A program made the translations under genes and the position numbers. Below the pieces are notes generated by a model, which ran no database searches, was not told the origin of the DNA, and saw nothing but the letters and a program-made list of their open reading frames with translations. A stretch of DNA of 38,332 nucleotides from a virus (taxonomy: Duplodnaviria > Caudoviricetes): positions 1 through 38,332 of the IMG/VR virus record IMGVR_UViG_3300005077_000047; one strand, written 5' to 3'. Of the stretch, positions 34,832 to 38,332 are shown one piece after another (positions within the stretch are counted from its first letter, which is position 1; each line of letters starts with the position of its first letter).

Positions 34832-35449
34832 ATGAAACTAACAAAAGAAATTCTTTCTAAAATGATATCTGAAATCATTTCAGAAAAAGCCGAATCTCAA
34901 AATCAACAGATTTCAGCAGCCATAGCTCTTAAAGCTAAGAGAGAGGGAAAGAAATTAAAAAAGGGTACTGCTTCAGAAAGTATGTCAAATATGTCTGAAA
35001 AAGAACTTGAAAAATTTGCTAGTACTAAAAGAAAAGGTCTTCCAAAGAAAAAAGAAGAGAAAAAAGAAGAAAAAAATGAAAGCGTGAAATCTCAAAAATT
35101 AACTAAATCTGTTTTAGAAGAGATGATAAAAAAACAACTTTCTGAAATGGGTGGTAATATGTATGATCAATATCCTCATGATGAAGATGAAGATTATGAA
35201 GAAGAAGGATGTGGAGTAGGTTGTACAGAAGATGGTTGAGATGAAGAATGATTTGAAGAAGTTGGTATTTTACAAAAACTTGATTCATTAGCAAGAGTTG
35301 AATATGAAATTAAAAATGGCATAAGAAATTCTTATGTTGGTATTGGTGATAATACCGCTGAATTTTTGCAAGGTTTAATGAGAATAGCTGAAGAATTAAA
35401 AGATATTTGTGAAGATGCATTAAATACATTGGAACATTACGAAAGATAA
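34832..35449 (+). CDS. Leader + DUF3008-like module + second leader + acidic module (205 aa)
   Basis: MKLTKEILSKMISEIISE; AESQNQQISAAIALKAKR...MSEKELEKFASTKRKGLP (DUF3008 pattern); QKLTKSVLEEMIKKQLSE. Confidence 0.75.
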
Positions 35450-36112
35450 TTGGAAACTCTAAATGTCATAAATGAACTAGATAAATTAGTAGTTCATCAT
35501 TTCAACAAGGAAAAACCTTTTGAAATAGCTGATATTATAGTACCAGTTTCGTTTCTTAGAGGAAATCCTGATACTTTAGCTATATCCGAAATATGATCAA
35601 ACGTACAAGATATTAAATATCCAGTTTTGGTTGTATCAAGAGATTCATCTTTACGGGTTATGTCAGAAAGAAATACGATGCAAACAGAAGGAACTCAAAT
35701 AATTATTAACAGAATTGCAAAAAACAAGTATATATCTTCAAGTGAACCGAATATAAACGTTGAAACATATACTTATAATGCACCAGTTTATTTTTCAACT
35801 AAATATAGTCTGATTTTGTTCTGTGAATCAATGAAACACGCTACAGAATTTCAATCGTTGTTCTTAGACAGAATAAATCAAGAGTATCTTGAAATAAAGT
35901 CTGAAAAATTTAATTCTGTTTTCTTTGACGCTTTATTCTTATTCAAAGATGGATTTCAAATAGAAGATAATTTTGAAAGTACTTCTGAATCTAAAAGAAT
36001 TATAAAAGTTTCTGCGAGTATGAATTGTGAAGGTTATTATATTTCTCAAGCATCTGAAGTAAGAGTTAGAGAAGTTTCGAAAAAAGTATTACAAGCATAC
36101 TTAAGATCTTAA
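35450..36112 (+). CDS. Putative tail terminator/sheath stabiliser (gp15-like), about 220 aa
   Basis: Probable TTG start right after the previous TAA; VPVSF, IKYPVLVVSR, APVYFSTKYSL, RIIKVSASMNCEGY; directly upstream of the sheath gene. Confidence 0.65.
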
Positions 36113-36146
36113 AAAAAAATAAAATATATAAGGGAGAAATCTTATA

Positions 36147-38332
36147 ATGGCAAGAAACCTAGTAAGTGCTGGAATTTCTTTTGGAGAGATTGACTTAAGC
36201 CAAGTAGCTCAAGTTGCAGCTCTCATGGGACCAGCAATTGTAGGAACAACTCAAAGTGGACCTGCTTTTAAACCTATCACAATAAATAATTATTCAACAG
36301 AATTCGTACCAATTTATGGAGGTTTAAATACTTCTCATTATGTTCCTTACACTGCTAAATTTTATCTTCAGTATGGATCTAATGCTAGTATTTGTAGAAT
36401 ACTTGGAACAAACTCTTCTACACCAGCGAAAGATGCTGGATTTATTGTTCCTGCTTCCGCTTTTTGATATGATATTGTGGGTGGTGTAGCCGGTACAGCT
36501 TCTACTACTTCAGAAAGAACTGGCGGCCTTATTCCTTTAGCTGTTCTTAGAGAAAGAAATGGAACAACTACAATCGGCGGAATAACTGCTACATGTGGTT
36601 TGAGTGGTGGAGTTCTAACTTGATCTATCGGATTAGGAGCTGCTAGTGCTGCGGCTACACTTGGAACATATACTTTTAATGTTGATAATATTGAATCTGT
36701 TTTTACAAGAGATCCAATTAATATTCCTGCGTCTCCTGCATGTACAGCTCTTTATTTAGATGTTTTCTATTATACTCAATCATCTGAAAATGCAGCAGAT
36801 CCATATACAACAAAAACAACTCTTTCTGACTTAACATATACTTCAATGACAGCACATGCACCAGGAAAACTTTCTGGAGATGATTTAACTGGCGCTTATG
36901 ATCATGCTGTTACACCATGAATCGTAGGAGCGCCGGATGTTACTGGCGCTGTACAAGACTTGTTTAGATTTCATTCCTTAAGTGATGGAAGCGAATCTAA
37001 TAATGATTGTAAAGTTTCTATTGATAACATAACTAGAAAAACAGATAGTTTTGGAAATCCATATTTTACATTCGATGTTCTAATTAGAAAAGTCGATGAT
37101 AGTGATCTTCAAATGCAAATTTATGAGAGATTTTCTGGATGTAATCTTCTAAAGAGTGATAGAAACTACATTGTTAAGAAAATTGGTGATACAGCTGAAA
37201 CATTTAATACAACATATTCAAGAATGGATATTTCTGGAACTTGACCAAATAAGTCTAAGTTTATTAGAGTAGAAGTTTCAGAAGGTATTCCAATGCACGC
37301 TAGACCATCTGGATTTAGAGCGCCTGAAAGTGTAACGAAATCTGATCATTTAGGATTAGTAGCTTATCCATATAGAAATTTCAAAGTAAGCCAAGCTTCT
37401 GGAAATAGTTTATACAAGAAATCTATTTTCTTGGGATACGATGGACTTTCTATAGGTGCTAGTGAAATGCTTTATGGATGTACAGATGGAGAAGATACTA
37501 GCTATAAAGGAATCATTCTTTTTGATAATGGAATTTGATCAGCGTCAGCTGATGAATTAAATGCTGCAAGAGCTACTTCTTTAACAGCTAGTTTCCACAC
37601 AATTGCTATGTTCCCAAACAAAACAAAATATGAAGAAGCAATTAACGCAAATAAATTAGCTGCAGCTGGTGTAGATTGAAAGTTTACTGTCCCGATGTTT
37701 GGTGGAAGAGATGGTTATAAGAAATCTTTAGGTGGATCTAATCTTATCACAACTCTTAGTGGCGATTTTGAGAAAGCAATGACACTTCTTTCTAATTCAG
37801 ATATCTATGATTTCAATATGCTAGTAATTCCGGGTACTATTGCTTCATATAGTCCTCACGCAGGAATTATCGAAAATGGAATCAATATGGTAGAAACAAG
37901 AGGTGACGCATTCTATATCGCAGACATGTTTGCTTTGACTGCTGATAACGCTTCAGAACCAGATTCTACAACTCTTAATACATTCGATTCAAGTTATGCA
38001 GCAACATATTGACCATGAATTAAGATATATGATAACGAAAATGAAGATTTCGTTTGAGTACCACCTTCAGTTCTTGTTCTTGCACAATTAGCTTACAACG
38101 ATAAGATAGCATATCCTTGATATGCTCCAGCGGGTGTAAATAGAGGTCAAATAGCAAATGCTGTATCAACTAGATATACTTTGAATCAAGATGATAGAGA
38201 CGTTCTTTATGATGCAAGAGTTAATCCTATTGCAACATTTAGAAACGAAGGTATCGTAATCTGAGGACAAAAAACTTTACAAAAAACTCAGACAGCTCTT
38301 GATAGAGTAAATGTAAGAAGACTTCTTGTCTA
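36147..38332 (+). CDS. Contractile tail sheath protein (T4 gp18-like), runs off the window end
   Basis: SAGISFGEIDLS, GPAFKP, FNMLVIPG, SSYAATYWPW, WVPPS, PWYAPAGVNRG, LYDARVNPI, IWGQKTLQ, LDRVNVRRLL. Confidence 0.96.

Noticed and set aside
3480-35294. All minus-strand ORFs in the track (e.g. 7160-7432, 11650-11964, 25777-26103, 31869-32414)
   Set aside because: Each lies antisense to a well-supported + strand gene and has the F/S/L/I-rich composition of a shadow frame.
1549-36132. TATATA motif as an archaeal or eukaryotic TATA box
   Set aside because: bS21, Hc1, SD-type RBSs, intrinsic terminators and the T4-like gene set point to a bacterial host.
1-38332. Decayed prophage or mass pseudogenisation
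   Set aside because: Interruptions are almost exclusively TGA at Trp positions, frames are preserved and catalytic motifs are intact.
1-38332. TGA = Gly (code 25) or selenocysteine
   Set aside because: TGA maps to conserved Trp motifs, conserved Gly and Cys use ordinary codons, and TGG is depleted.
1-38332. tRNA, rRNA, CRISPR array, integrase/transposase, intron or intein
   Set aside because: Intergenic gaps are short and explained by promoters and terminators; no repeat-spacer pattern or such motifs were seen, and core genes read continuously. A tRNA or covariance scan was not run.

Overview
AT-rich segment of a large T4-like (myovirus, probably jumbo) phage genome, with every credible gene on the + strand. 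The supplied ORF track is fragmented because this genome reads TGA as tryptophan (code-4-like). In-frame TGAs fall at conserved Trp positions, and once they are read through, about 50 genes tile the window almost without gaps, all ending in TAA or TAG. The first part holds a baseplate/tail-type gene, a RuvC-like resolvase, primase, a fused Mre11/SbcD-Rad50/SbcC nuclease-ATPase, a ribosomal protein bS21 homolog, a SLOG/DUF2493 protein, a glycosyltransferase and a histone-H1-like Hc1. The morphogenesis core follows: terminase, portal, prohead protease, scaffold, major capsid, neck proteins, tail terminator and tail sheath. Most notable: (1) recoding across both DNA-metabolism and structural genes; (2) about 15 interspersed genes sharing an N-terminal 'MKxxKxxLKxIIxEE' leader and built from modules bounded by (L/I)-x-E sites, suggesting protease-processed head-cargo polyproteins; (3) a stand-alone tandem-PAS protein coupled to a membrane protein inside the head module; (4) a recurrent intergenic TATATA(TT) promoter-like motif. 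All calls come from manual translation and motif recognition; no database searches were run.
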